Assembly: GCA_044229975.1 (NCBI GenBank)
Contig: JBGARZ010000005.1
Location: 160,001-224,000, forward strand
Reading direction: 5' to 3'
Origin: Polyangiales bacterium
GTDB taxonomy: Bacteria; Myxococcota_A; Polyangia; Polyangiales; Ga0077539
Length of the DNA stretch: 64,000 nucleotides
Positions 32,290-41,757 of this stretch are shown here, one piece after another (position 1 is the first letter of the stretch; every line of letters begins with the position of its first letter). The position numbers and the translations under genes are program-made. The notes under the pieces were generated by a model. That model saw only the letters and a list, made by a program, of their open reading frames with translations, ran no database searches and was not told the origin of the DNA.

Positions 32290-33710
32290 GCTCGGATGGG
32301 CCCGAGAAGCCCGATGGCGCGGTTCCGCGAGTCCTGCTGATCGAAGACGACGTCGACGTCGCGGCCGCGGTCACCCCCATCCTGGTCGAGCGCGGCAAGC
32401 GCCACATCGAGCACGTCGCCACGGCGAAGGCCGCGCGGGAAGCCCTCGCGCAGCGGGTCTTCGACGCCGTGGTGGTGGACCTCTCCCTGCCCGACGCCGA
32501 CGGCTTCGGGTTGTTGGAAGAGATCGCCGCGGAGTTTCCCAACACGGGAATCCTCTGCTTCACGGGTCGCGACGACGCCTCGGCCGCCGTGCGCGCGCTG
32601 CGGGCCGGCGCGACGGAGTACATCACCAAGCCGGCCCCGGCCGCGATGCTCCGTCAGGGGGTCGACAGCGCGGTCACCCGGTCGCGCGTGCGCCGCTCGC
32701 GCCTCTCGGGGGTGCTCGAAGCGCCGCTCCCCATCGGCAATTCCCCTCCGTGGCGGCAGACCATGGACCTGATCGAGGCCGCGGCGCGCAGCCCGAAGAC
32801 CACGGTGCTCATCACGGGCGAGCCGGGCGTCGGGAAGGAAGAGGCCGCCGCCCTGGTGCACCGGCTGAGCGCCCGACGCGACGGGCCCTTCGTGGCCGTC
32901 AACGCGGCGTGCCTCTCTCCCTCCATGATCGAGTCCGAGCTCTTCGGACACGAGGTGGGCGCCTTCACGGGAGCCCACCGCCAGCACCGCGGCTTCTTCG
33001 AACAAGCCAGCGGCGGAACCCTCCTGCTCGACGAGATCGGCGAGCTGCCGTTGGAGCTGCAAGCGAAGCTGCTGCGGGTGCTGGAGCGGCACCCCTTCCG
33101 CCGCGTCGGCGGGGAGAAGCCGCTGACGGTAGACGTTCGGCTGTTGTGCGCGACCAACCGCTCGCTCGACGAGCGGGTGCGCGTCGGGGCCTTCCGCGCC
33201 GACCTCCTCGAACGCCTCCGCGTCTTCGAGCTCAAGCTCCCGCCGCTGCGCGATCGGCCCGGCGACGTCACGCGCCTCGCCCATCACTTCCTCGCGCGGC
33301 TGGGCCCTGAGCTCGGCATCCCGGTCGAGGGCTTCTCTCCCCTCGCCCTCGAAGCGCTGGAGGGATACGCCTTCCCCGGCAACGTGCGCGAGCTGCGCAA
33401 CATCACCGAGCGCGCCATCGTGCTGTCGGGCGGAGGCATCATCGAGCGGCGCCACCTGCCGGGAGAGCTGTGGGGCCGAGGCATGACGAGCAGCGCGCCG
33501 CCGCCGCCGCCGAGCGACGACACCTCCCTCGAAGACGTGGTGCGAGAGCACATCCTCCGCGTCTATGAAAACACCGATCAGAACGTGACGCGCACCGCGC
33601 AGGTGCTCGGGATGTCTCGCCTGGCCGTGCGCAAGCGGCTGCAATCCTACGGTGTGCGTGCACGCGGCACAGACGACATCGGTGTAGACCGGAACGAAGA
33701 CGACCGGTAA
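32286..33710 (+). CDS. Sigma54-dependent response regulator (NtrC family; REC-AAA+-HTH)
   Basis: REC domain (LLIEDD, DLSLPD), Walker A GEPGVGKE, ESELFGHEVGAFTGA, LLDEIGE, FPGNVREL and a C-terminal HTH. GTGA overlap with the kinase. Confidence 0.95.
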
Positions 33711-33755
33711 CAAACGATCCACCGGTGGATTCAAACGATCCACCCTGGTTGGATG
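33711..33755. promoter_or_regulatory. Putative enhancer (UAS) for a sigma54 activator
   Basis: Direct repeat CAAACGATCCACC at 33711 and 33732 (21 bp apart) and a perfect palindrome ATCCACCGGTGGAT at 33717-33730. Confidence 0.55.
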
Positions 33756-33815
33756 TCGATAATCGAAACTCTTCAAAACAAGCGAATCACTCAAGACAAA
33801 GAGACGACATAGCGC

Positions 33816-33831
33816 TGGCACGACGACTGCA
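33816..33831 (+). promoter_or_regulatory. Sigma54 -24/-12 promoter
   Basis: TGGCAC-GACGA-CTGCA against the consensus TGGCAC-N5-TTGCA, with exact GG-N10-GC spacing. Confidence 0.75.
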
Positions 33832-33931
33832 AACACTCTCTACACACGCAGCGACGACAGCGGGTCGAGGTCTTCAATGAGTGGAGACCGACAGTCCGAG
33901 GTCGCAAGTGTCAATCAGGGAGCAGAAGACC

Positions 33932-34294
33932 ATGGCGAACATCAATCCGACTCTTGAGAAGCTTCAGGCGATCGACGGGTTTCTCGGCGCGTGCATCGTC
34001 GACAGCGAGAGCGGCATGACGCTCGGCCTCATCGGCGGCAATGGCATGAACCTGGAGGTCGCGGCGGCGGGCAACACCGAGGTGGTGCGGGCCAAGCGCA
34101 AGACCATGAAGAACCTCAACCTCCGCGACGAGATCGAGGACATCCTCATCACCCTCAGCAAGCAGTACCACCTCATCCGCCCGACGCGGACGCGGCCGGG
34201 CGTCTTCTTCTACCTGGCCCTCGAACGAGGGCGCGCCAACCTGGCGATGGCCCGCATGACCCTCGCGGACGTCGAGAAGGACCTCCAGATCTGA
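33932..34294 (+). CDS. Roadblock/LC7-like (MglB-like fold) small protein
   Basis: IDGFLGACIVDSESGMTL...IEDILITL...FFYLAL...NLAMAR. About 120 aa, with GGAG upstream. Confidence 0.8.
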   Translation: MANINPTLEKLQAIDGFLGACIVDSESGMTLGLIGGNGMNLEVAAAGNTEVVRAKRKTMKNLNLRDEIEDILITLSKQYHLIRPTRTRPGVFFYLALERGRANLAMARMTLADVEKDLQI

Positions 34295-34437
34295 GCCCCG
34301 CAGGCGCCGGTGCCTCCCTGTCCTGTAAAAGGGGAGTCACGCGGCGCCGACGTCCCTGACGGTGCGCCCGGCGAAGGTCGGGCGCCGTCGTCTCCAGTGT
34401 ACGAAGAACGGTTCTCGACACCTGCGCGGTGCAAGAC

Positions 34438-35766
34438 ATGGTCAAGACGCCGAGCATCCACCCCGGTCATCCCGCCCCGATCATCCTCGTGGATGATGAG
34501 TTCGAACTGGTGCACGCGGTCAGCGCGATGCTCCGGGCGGAGTTCGGGGAGTCGCGCGTCCGCGCCACGAGCAGCCCCAACGAGGCCCTCGGCTGGATCA
34601 AGAGCGAGAAGCCCGCGGTGCTCATCACCGACGTGCGGATGCCCGGCATCTCCGGCCTGGAGCTCATCTCCCACGTGCAGAGCACGTGGGGCGCGACGCC
34701 CACCGTGGTCATCACCGCCTTCCCCACCGAAGCGGTCTCGGTCGGAGCGCGGCGCGGCTCCTTCGTCTATCTGCCGAAGCCCTTCCCCTTCAAGTCGCTC
34801 GTCGAGACGGTGCAGCAGCTCGCGTCGGCGCCCGCGGCGACCTTCAGCGGGGCGATCGCGGTGTCGACCCTCGCCGACCTCCTCCAGCTCTACGCCATCT
34901 CCGGGAGCACCGGCATGATGACCGTGCAGTCCGCCGACCGGCGCGGGGAGATCTGGTTCGAGCGGGGGCAGATCACGCACGCCCGCACCGACGACGCCGA
35001 AGGCTTCGACGCCTTCGCCGCGATCATCTCGTGGCCCAACGGATCGTTCTCCTGGAAGCTCCGCCGCTCCAACCGGCAGACCATCACCATGAGCGTCTCC
35101 GAGCTCCTCCTCGACGCCTACCGCATCTTCGACGAGACCCGCAAAGACGGTCGTGACACCTCGCCGCCGGCAAGCCCCGCCACGCTCTCGCTGCCGCCCC
35201 TCGACTTCTCCATGGAGGCCCTCCAGAGCCTCAAGGTGCCCGCTCCGCCGCGCGCCTTCAGCCTCGACGCCCCGACGATCATCCCGACGGTCAACCCCAC
35301 CGAGGCGCCCGAGACCGTGAACACCATCTCGGCGGTTCCGCTCGCCTCGGACGAACCGCCGCCGCTCCCGGCGCGCGAGCCGCAGCCCTCCATGGGCAGC
35401 CCGACGCCGGGCTCGGTCGAGATGGTGCTCTCCGGTCTCGCGGCGCTCGACGGCTTTCTCGGCGCGGCGCTCGTCGACAGCGAGCGCGACACCCCGCTCG
35501 GGATGGTTGGGTCGGGCATCGACGTCGCCACGGCGGCGACCGGCAACGCGCAGCTCGTGCAGGCCAAGCGGCGCACCCTCCGGCGCCTCGAGCTCGACGA
35601 CGAGATCGAGGACATCCTCGTGACGCTGGGGACGCAGTACCACCTCGTCCGGCTGGTGCGCGCGCGGCCGGGGCTCTTCTTCTACATGGCCCTCGACCGC
35701 TCGCTCGTGAACCTCGCGATGGCCCGGCTGCGCCTCGCCGACGCCGAGCGCGAGCTGACGATCTGA
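34438..35766 (+). CDS. Response regulator: REC + DUF4388/PatA_N-like + Pro-rich linker + roadblock-like domain
   Basis: REC domain (ILVDDE, DVRMPG, KP) and a DUF4388-like segment (FSGAI...LADLLQL...GEIWFERGQITHA). The C-terminus is paralogous to 33932..34294. Confidence 0.88.
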   Translation: MVKTPSIHPGHPAPIILVDDEFELVHAVSAMLRAEFGESRVRATSSPNEALGWIKSEKPAVLITDVRMPGISGLELISHVQSTWGATPTVVITAFPTEAVSVGARRGSFVYLPKPFPFKSLVETVQQLASAPAATFSGAIAVSTLADLLQLYAISGSTGMMTVQSADRRGEIWFERGQITHARTDDAEGFDAFAAIISWPNGSFSWKLRRSNRQTITMSVSELLLDAYRIFDETRKDGRDTSPPASPATLSLPPLDFSMEALQSLKVPAPPRAFSLDAPTIIPTVNPTEAPETVNTISAVPLASDEPPPLPAREPQPSMGSPTPGSVEMVLSGLAALDGFLGAALVDSERDTPLGMVGSGIDVATAATGNAQLVQAKRRTLRRLELDDEIEDILVTLGTQYHLVRLVRARPGLFFYMALDRSLVNLAMARLRLADAERELTI

Positions 35767-35772
35767 CCGGCG

Positions 35773-36504
35773 ATGGCCCTCTACGACCCCGCCCGCCGTA
35801 CGGTCACCATCCGCATCGTCTACGACGGGCTCGGCACCGCGGGGAAGACCACCAACGTCCGACAGATCTATGAGCTCTTCACCCTCGCGCGCGACGGCGA
35901 CGTGGTGGTGCCCGAAGAGCACCGCGGACGAACGCTCTTCTTCGACTGGCTGGAGCTCAACGCCGGCTACATCGACGAGCGCCCGCTGCGCATCCAGGTG
36001 CTGACGGTGCCGGGGCAGTTCGCCTACGCGCAACGGCGCTGGGCGCTGCTGCGAACGCCCGACGCCATCGTGGAGGTCTGCGACAGCACGCCCGACGCCA
36101 TCGCGCGCTCGCGCTACGCCGTCCGCTTCGTGCAGAAGATGCTCGCCGAAGGGAGCTGCCCCGACGTCCCCATCATCGTGCAGGCCAACAAGCAGGACGC
36201 GCCAGGCGCGCTGCGCGGCCCGGAGATGGCCGCCGCGCTGGGGCTGAGCCCGGAGGTGCGCGTCATCGAGGCCGTGGCGAGCCGAGGCGAGGGCGTGCGA
36301 TCGACGCTGCTCTTCGCGCTGCTCGATGCGCGCGAGCGGGTGCGGGCGCAGATCGCCGAGCACGGCATCGAGTCGCTCGAACAGGGCAACGAGAGCGCCG
36401 AGGACGTGTACCAGCGGATGCGGGCGATCGAAGACGACGGCACGGCGCAGGACGGCGCGGCCCTGGTCGAGAGCATGCTCAACGAGGACGGGGCGAACCG
36501 CTGA
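35773..36504 (+). CDS. MglA-family small GTPase paralogue
   Basis: G1 YDGLGTAGKTT, switch I RTLFFD, G3 TVPGQ, G4 NKQD and G5 EAVASRGEGV. Confidence 0.9.
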   Translation: MALYDPARRTVTIRIVYDGLGTAGKTTNVRQIYELFTLARDGDVVVPEEHRGRTLFFDWLELNAGYIDERPLRIQVLTVPGQFAYAQRRWALLRTPDAIVEVCDSTPDAIARSRYAVRFVQKMLAEGSCPDVPIIVQANKQDAPGALRGPEMAAALGLSPEVRVIEAVASRGEGVRSTLLFALLDARERVRAQIAEHGIESLEQGNESAEDVYQRMRAIEDDGTAQDGAALVESMLNEDGANR

Positions 36505-36622
36505 GGGCGCCGCGGTGCGCCCGTGACGGCGCTCATCGATCGCGACGAACCGTAGCAACGCGCCACGCCCGACATCGATGGGCCGTTGGGGTCTAGACTG
36601 CGTGACGGAGGGGAGTTCCTCG

Positions 36623-38164
36623 ATGCGCGTCTGTCCCAACCATGATTGCCCGCACCGCAAGCTCACCGGCGAGCGGGCCGCGTTCGAGTCGGACCGGGAG
36701 CATTGCTCCGATTGCGATGCGACCCTCGTCGCGAGCGATGAAGAGGCCGTCGAGGAGAGGCCCCCGCCCCCGGCGAAGCCGACGGGGCTGGTGCGCCGGG
36801 CGCTGGTGACCCTCGGAGTCATGGCGGCAATCGAAGTGGCGCGCGAGACACCGTCACCCTTCCTGTCGCCAGAGCACTTCATGGGCGACGGGACCTTCGA
36901 GGTCATCCGCGACGTCTCCACCGTCAACCAGGCGACCGCGAGCGCGATCTCGGCTTTCGTGACGGTCGAGGCGGTGTCCATCCTGATTCCCGCGTTGCGA
37001 CGAAGGCGACACGATCACCCCAAGACGCGCCAGCGGATGACGATGGTCGCCTGGGCGCTCACGATGTTCATGACCCTCTCGCAGGGGTACGCCTACGCCC
37101 AGTACGGCATGAGCCACGGGATGAGCGAGGGTGTGGACCTGCCCTTCACGGCGTCCTTCCTCGCGGGGCCAATCGCGCTGTGGGCCGCGGTGCGCGTGCT
37201 CGATCGCTGGGGCATCGGAGGCGGTTGGCCCATGGTGCTGATCGGCTCGAGCGCCGCCCCGCTCGTCGTGGACCTCGCGTCGCTCGTGCGGCAACAGGTC
37301 ATCACGCCCGCAGGGCTCGCGCTGCACCTGTGCCTGTACGCGGGGTGGGCCGCGCTCGGATGGCGGTTTCTACGCAGGCGCTTCGAGCGCGACGCCGAAG
37401 CGGCGACAGCCGACCTCGGCCCGTCGGCCTACCGTAGCGAAGCAACGACCGCGACGACGCTCCGCTTGAGGTTCAGGGCGCCGCTGTGGGGCACCGTTCC
37501 ACTGGCCGCGGCCGTGGCCATCTTCACGATCTTCCAGCAACTGCGGGACTTGCACACACCCGGTGCGGCCGGGCTCATCGAGACGCTCAACGGCAACCCG
37601 TGGCTCCACACCGGATGCTGTTCGCTCGTCGCGCTGGGGATGCTTGCGCTCCTCCCGCGGCTGCCGACGTCACTCCGTCACGCTGACCAGCGGCTCGCGG
37701 CGCTCGGAATGCGCTCCGGGGTGTCGTCGGCCGAGGCGATCGCCCGCGCGGCCAAGGCCACCCGCGCCATGATGCTCGCGGGTTGCGTCCTCATCCTGCT
37801 GGGTGACATCGCGAACCTCCCGCGCTTCGGACCGATGACGGGCCTCACCACCCTCGCCGTCACGGCGCTCGCGCTCGACCTCGTCGACGAGTGGCGCGCC
37901 TTCTCCCGTCACGGTGCCCTCACGCCGGTGCTGCGTGAACAGCGGGTGTGGCTGGCCGACGCCACGGCCTCCTTGCTGGAGCGCGAGGGTGTTCCGGCGT
38001 TTGTACGCAGTGCGAACTATCACCAGATCGCATGGTGGGGCGCGCCGCAGGCGCCGGCCGTGGTGATGGTTCCGGTCGACCGGCGCGACGAGGCGCTGGC
38101 GATCATCGAGCCCGCCGACGAAGCCCCGACCGACGAAGCCCCCACCGGAGAGGCGTCGCCATGA
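36623..38164 (+). CDS. Divergent SecY-like multipass membrane protein with N-terminal Zn ribbon and C-terminal DUF2007-like domain
   Basis: CPNHDC...CSDC ribbon, about 10 hydrophobic segments, SecY-like motifs ISAFVTVEAVSILIP, RWGIGGG and GTVPLAAA, and C-terminal SLLEREGVPAFV...VMVPVDRRDEALAII. Confidence 0.6.
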   Translation: MRVCPNHDCPHRKLTGERAAFESDREHCSDCDATLVASDEEAVEERPPPPAKPTGLVRRALVTLGVMAAIEVARETPSPFLSPEHFMGDGTFEVIRDVSTVNQATASAISAFVTVEAVSILIPALRRRRHDHPKTRQRMTMVAWALTMFMTLSQGYAYAQYGMSHGMSEGVDLPFTASFLAGPIALWAAVRVLDRWGIGGGWPMVLIGSSAAPLVVDLASLVRQQVITPAGLALHLCLYAGWAALGWRFLRRRFERDAEAATADLGPSAYRSEATTATTLRLRFRAPLWGTVPLAAAVAIFTIFQQLRDLHTPGAAGLIETLNGNPWLHTGCCSLVALGMLALLPRLPTSLRHADQRLAALGMRSGVSSAEAIARAAKATRAMMLAGCVLILLGDIANLPRFGPMTGLTTLAVTALALDLVDEWRAFSRHGALTPVLREQRVWLADATASLLEREGVPAFVRSANYHQIAWWGAPQAPAVVMVPVDRRDEALAIIEPADEAPTDEAPTGEASP

Positions 38165-38643
38165 CCATCGCCTGGAACTTCGAACGGCGCCGCGACACCG
38201 CCGCGCGCTTCCTCCTCGGCGTCTGGGTGGTCGCCCAGGGGTCGCCAGGCCGCGACACGAGCCTCAACGCCGTTCGCAACCGGATGCGCCTCTCGCCCGA
38301 GGAGGCGCTCTTCGCCGCTCGTCGCCTGCACGAGGAGGAGCTCATCACCTTCGAGGAGGGCGGCGCCGTGCGTTCCAACGCCCGCGGCATCGAGCGCGCC
38401 GCGGCCCTGATGATGGCAGTGCGCGAGAAGCTACAGCGGTACGATGCGGTGACCGCGGCCCTGCGCGCCGGAGGCACTGCGCTCGACGTCATCGCCGCCG
38501 TCATCCGCGCCGATGGCGGATCGCTCGCGTGCGGGTCACCCGATGATGGAGTCGCCCACCAGCTCGTGGTCACCGGCGACGTCGTCACGCTCCAGCGGCA
38601 GCGCGCCGACGGCGGCTTCGAGCCGGTGCCCGACGACGCCTGA
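38161..38643 (+). CDS. Hypothetical protein, possible winged-helix
   Basis: ATGA overlap with the upstream gene. LSPEEALFAARRLHEEELI resembles a wHTH. Confidence 0.65.
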   Translation: MTIAWNFERRRDTAARFLLGVWVVAQGSPGRDTSLNAVRNRMRLSPEEALFAARRLHEEELITFEEGGAVRSNARGIERAAALMMAVREKLQRYDAVTAALRAGGTALDVIAAVIRADGGSLACGSPDDGVAHQLVVTGDVVTLQRQRADGGFEPVPDDA

Positions 38644-38714
38644 CCTGAGCGCGCTCGCGCAGAAGGGCGCGACTCTTCTGTGAGGAGCGCCCCGCGTCCG
38701 AGCTCGCGCAGACC

Positions 38715-39455
38715 TCACCCCTCCAGGCGCTCGTAGAGCCGGTCGCGCCAGTCGAAGAAGCGCCCCAGCGCCGGGTCGTCGATGAACTCCCGCACCCCCG
38801 CGCCCACCCGATCGGGCAGCGCGTTGTGCCGCGAGCGCGGGATCTTCAACGTCATGCTCAACCCCGCCGCCGTCAGGTCGGCCAGCGTCACGCTCTTCCC
38901 GCACAGGTAGCCGTCGGCCGCGATGCGCTCGCTGAGCTCCATGAGCAGCGACCGCACCTCCGCGCGCGCCGCGGCGAGCTGCCGCCGGATCCCCGGGATG
39001 AACGTCGCTGGTCGCGCGATCCATCGCACCGCGCCGACCACCGCCTGCAGCCCGGCGCCGCCGCCCATCGCCACGCGCCCGACGTCGGCCCAGTCGGCGC
39101 CATCGCGCAGCGCCTCGTCCGTCGCGACACCCGCTGCCCACCGGCCCAGCACGGCGTCGAGGCGGTCTTCCATGTCGAGCACCACGCGCCGCTGCGCGAA
39201 GTCCGATGGCAGCATCGCGGGCGCCTCGGGGAACGTGTGCTCCAGGTACAGCGCGATGGCCGTCGAGTCGGCGATGACGCTCCCCTCGTGCTCGATGACG
39301 GGCACCTGGCGCTGACCCGACAGCCGCATGATGGCGAGCTGATCGACGCCGGGGTGGTGGTCCACGACCCGGTAGTCCAGGCGCTTGAAGTCGAGCATCA
39401 CCCGGACCTTCTCCGAGTAGTGGCTCAGCGGAAACCGATGCAACACGACGCCCAT
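38715..39455 (-). CDS. Glutathione S-transferase family protein
   Basis: SHYSEKVR, QVPVI, DSTAIALYL and C-terminal TLADL. Confidence 0.9.
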   Translation of the reverse strand: MGVVLHRFPLSHYSEKVRVMLDFKRLDYRVVDHHPGVDQLAIMRLSGQRQVPVIEHEGSVIADSTAIALYLEHTFPEAPAMLPSDFAQRRVVLDMEDRLDAVLGRWAAGVATDEALRDGADWADVGRVAMGGGAGLQAVVGAVRWIARPATFIPGIRRQLAAARAEVRSLLMELSERIAADGYLCGKSVTLADLTAAGLSMTLKIPRSRHNALPDRVGAGVREFIDDPALGRFFDWRDRLYERLEG

Positions 39456-39469
39456 CTCGCCCTCTTTTC

Positions 39470-40660
39470 TCAACCGACCACGCCCGCGCCGCGCAACCCT
39501 GCCAGCTCCGCTTCGTCCACTCCCGCCAGCTCGGCCAGCACCGCGTCGGTGTCCGCGCCCAGCACCGGCGCCGCCGTGTACCCCGCGCGCTCCGCCTCGC
39601 CCGCCCGCAGCGGATCACCCGCCGCGCGCACCGTCCCGGCCACCGGGTGTTCCATCGTCGCGATCATGCCGCGCGCCGCCACCTGCGGATCGGCGCACAC
39701 CTCGGACACCCGCTGCACCGGCCCGGCCGGAACACCCTCTTCGTACAAGCGCGGCAGCCAGTGCCCCGTCGTCTCTTCCGACAACCGTTGTCCGATGAGC
39801 GCCAACACCTCCGCGGCGTGAGCCCGGCGCGCGGCGTTATCGACCATGCGCGGGTCGCGCTCCCACTCCGGTCGACCCAGCGCCCGGCAGAACCCCGGCC
39901 AGAACGCGTCGGTGAACACCGCCACCACCAGATGCCCATCGCGCGTCGTGAAGCGCTGATACGGCAGCGCGTGCGCGTGACCCGATCCCTGGCGGCCCAT
40001 GTCGTCGCCCGCCATCAGCCAGTTGCCCGCTGCATAGCTGAGCAGGCTCACCTGACAGTCGAGCAGCGACAGGTCGATGAAGCGACCGACGCCCGTCTTC
40101 TCGCGCTCGTACAGCGCCGAGCTCACCGCCAGCGCCGCGAACAATCCGCCCGCGAGGTCGCCCATCGGAACCCCGCAGCGCACCGGCTCACCCGCGGGCT
40201 CACCCGTGAGGGCCATCATCCCGCCGCGCGCTTGCAGGGTGAGATCGAAGGCGGGCAGATCGCGGTCGGGCCCGTTGCGCCCGAAGGCCGTGATGCCACA
40301 CACGATGAGCCGCGGGTTGAGCGCCATCAGCGTCGCCGCATCGCAGCCCACGCGCTCGGCCACGCCCGCGCGGAAGTTCTCCACCACCACGTCGCAGCGG
40401 GCGGCCACCCGTCGCAGGAGGGCTCTTCCCTCCGGTCGCGAGAGGTCGAGCGCCACCGAGCGCTTGCCGCGATTGACCGACAGGAAATAGACGCTCTCGC
40501 CCTGGACGAAGTGGGGACCTACCGCGCGGATGTCGTCGCCCGTGACGGGACGCTCGACCTTGATGACCTCGGCGCCAAGATCACTGAGCAGCATCGTGCC
40601 GTAGGGGCCCGCGAGCATGCGCGTGAGGTCGAGCACGCGGACGCCGCGCAGGGAGTTCAC
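39470..40660 (-). CDS. CoA-transferase family III (CaiB/BaiF)
   Basis: LRGVRVLDLTRMLAGP, GAEVIKVE, NRGKRS, DVVVENFR and GDLAGG. Confidence 0.95.
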   Translation of the reverse strand: MNSLRGVRVLDLTRMLAGPYGTMLLSDLGAEVIKVERPVTGDDIRAVGPHFVQGESVYFLSVNRGKRSVALDLSRPEGRALLRRVAARCDVVVENFRAGVAERVGCDAATLMALNPRLIVCGITAFGRNGPDRDLPAFDLTLQARGGMMALTGEPAGEPVRCGVPMGDLAGGLFAALAVSSALYEREKTGVGRFIDLSLLDCQVSLLSYAAGNWLMAGDDMGRQGSGHAHALPYQRFTTRDGHLVVAVFTDAFWPGFCRALGRPEWERDPRMVDNAARRAHAAEVLALIGQRLSEETTGHWLPRLYEEGVPAGPVQRVSEVCADPQVAARGMIATMEHPVAGTVRAAGDPLRAGEAERAGYTAAPVLGADTDAVLAELAGVDEAELAGLRGAGVVG

Positions 40661-41757
40661 GGGCACATCCGCAGCAGGAACGAGTAGCCCGTCGAGCCCG
40701 ACACCGCGCTGCGCTGATAGCCGAGCAGCGCGCCGCCCCACGGCGACGGCGCCACCACATCGAGCGAGCGCACCGGGTCGTTGAGCAGCGTGCGCAGCTC
40801 CACGAAGCGCGCCTCGTGGTCGTACTGCAACGTCACCAACCGCGCGTCGACCTCCGTGCGCCGGATGCCCACCACCGTCAGCGAACGCACCGCCCCCGTC
40901 TCATCAACACCCACCAGGATCGACGGCCGCTCGATGGCCCCCTCCAGCCGCCGCGGCGCCATCCGCACACGCCCATCAACCCCGAGCGCCGCGAACCACC
41001 CCGCGCCGTTGCCGTCGGTGAAGGTCACCCACGGACCCTGCGGATCGGCCGCCAACGCGCGCCATCCCACAACCCCGGCGCCCTCGGAGAGCACTGCTCG
41101 GCGGCGTTCGCGGCACTGCGCGTCGAGCCACACCGCCGACAGCCCCGACGACTCGCCCGGGACCAGCGCCACGAAGCCATCGCCCGCTGCCGCCACCGCG
41201 TCGGGAACCACCCCACGAGGACATCGCGCCGTCGCGCCGAGGTCGCCGTCCTCCTCCACGAGCACCCGCTCGGTGCCGCGCAGCGTCTCCAGAAACACCG
41301 CCGCGGGCAGCGAGCTCTCGCCCGGTCGCGCGACCATGGAGAGCCGACCCGACAACGCCGCGTCGAGGGTGGCCACCGTGGGCTCGCTGCCCTCCGCGAC
41401 GCGCACCACGTTCACCGTCGCGTCCTCGCGGGAGGCGAAGGCGACACGCTGCGTCCCGCCCACGACGGTCAGCGCGGCGTGGTCGAGGCGGTCGGCGTCG
41501 TTGGAGAGCGCCACGGGCTCGCCCGTCGTCACCCCGTCGGGCCGCAGTCCCCGCAGGAACAACCGCTGACCGTCGAGGACGAGGGCGCTCCAGCCGTGGC
41601 CGTTCCAGGCGACGTGGGGCGTGGGCAGACCCTGCTGCGAGCCGACCTCACAGGCGACGCGCGGCGGAGGCACCGGCCTTCCAGCCGGACAACCCACCAC
41701 CACCAACGCCAGGGTCAGCGCACCTGCGATCGAGGAACAAACACCGCGCTCTGCCAT
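40657..41757 (-). CDS. Hypothetical lipoprotein
   Basis: Lipobox LVVVGC. Lies between co-oriented genes. Confidence 0.7.
   Translation of the reverse strand: MAERGVCSSIAGALTLALVVVGCPAGRPVPPPRVACEVGSQQGLPTPHVAWNGHGWSALVLDGQRLFLRGLRPDGVTTGEPVALSNDADRLDHAALTVVGGTQRVAFASREDATVNVVRVAEGSEPTVATLDAALSGRLSMVARPGESSLPAAVFLETLRGTERVLVEEDGDLGATARCPRGVVPDAVAAAGDGFVALVPGESSGLSAVWLDAQCRERRRAVLSEGAGVVGWRALAADPQGPWVTFTDGNGAGWFAALGVDGRVRMAPRRLEGAIERPSILVGVDETGAVRSLTVVGIRRTEVDARLVTLQYDHEARFVELRTLLNDPVRSLDVVAPSPWGGALLGYQRSAVSGSTGYSFLLRMCP

Noticed and set aside
35773..36504. Assigning the gene symbol mglA
   Set aside because: G1 is divergent (YDGLGTAGKTT), there is a C-terminal extension, and the partners differ from canonical MglB. 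It is treated as a paralogue.
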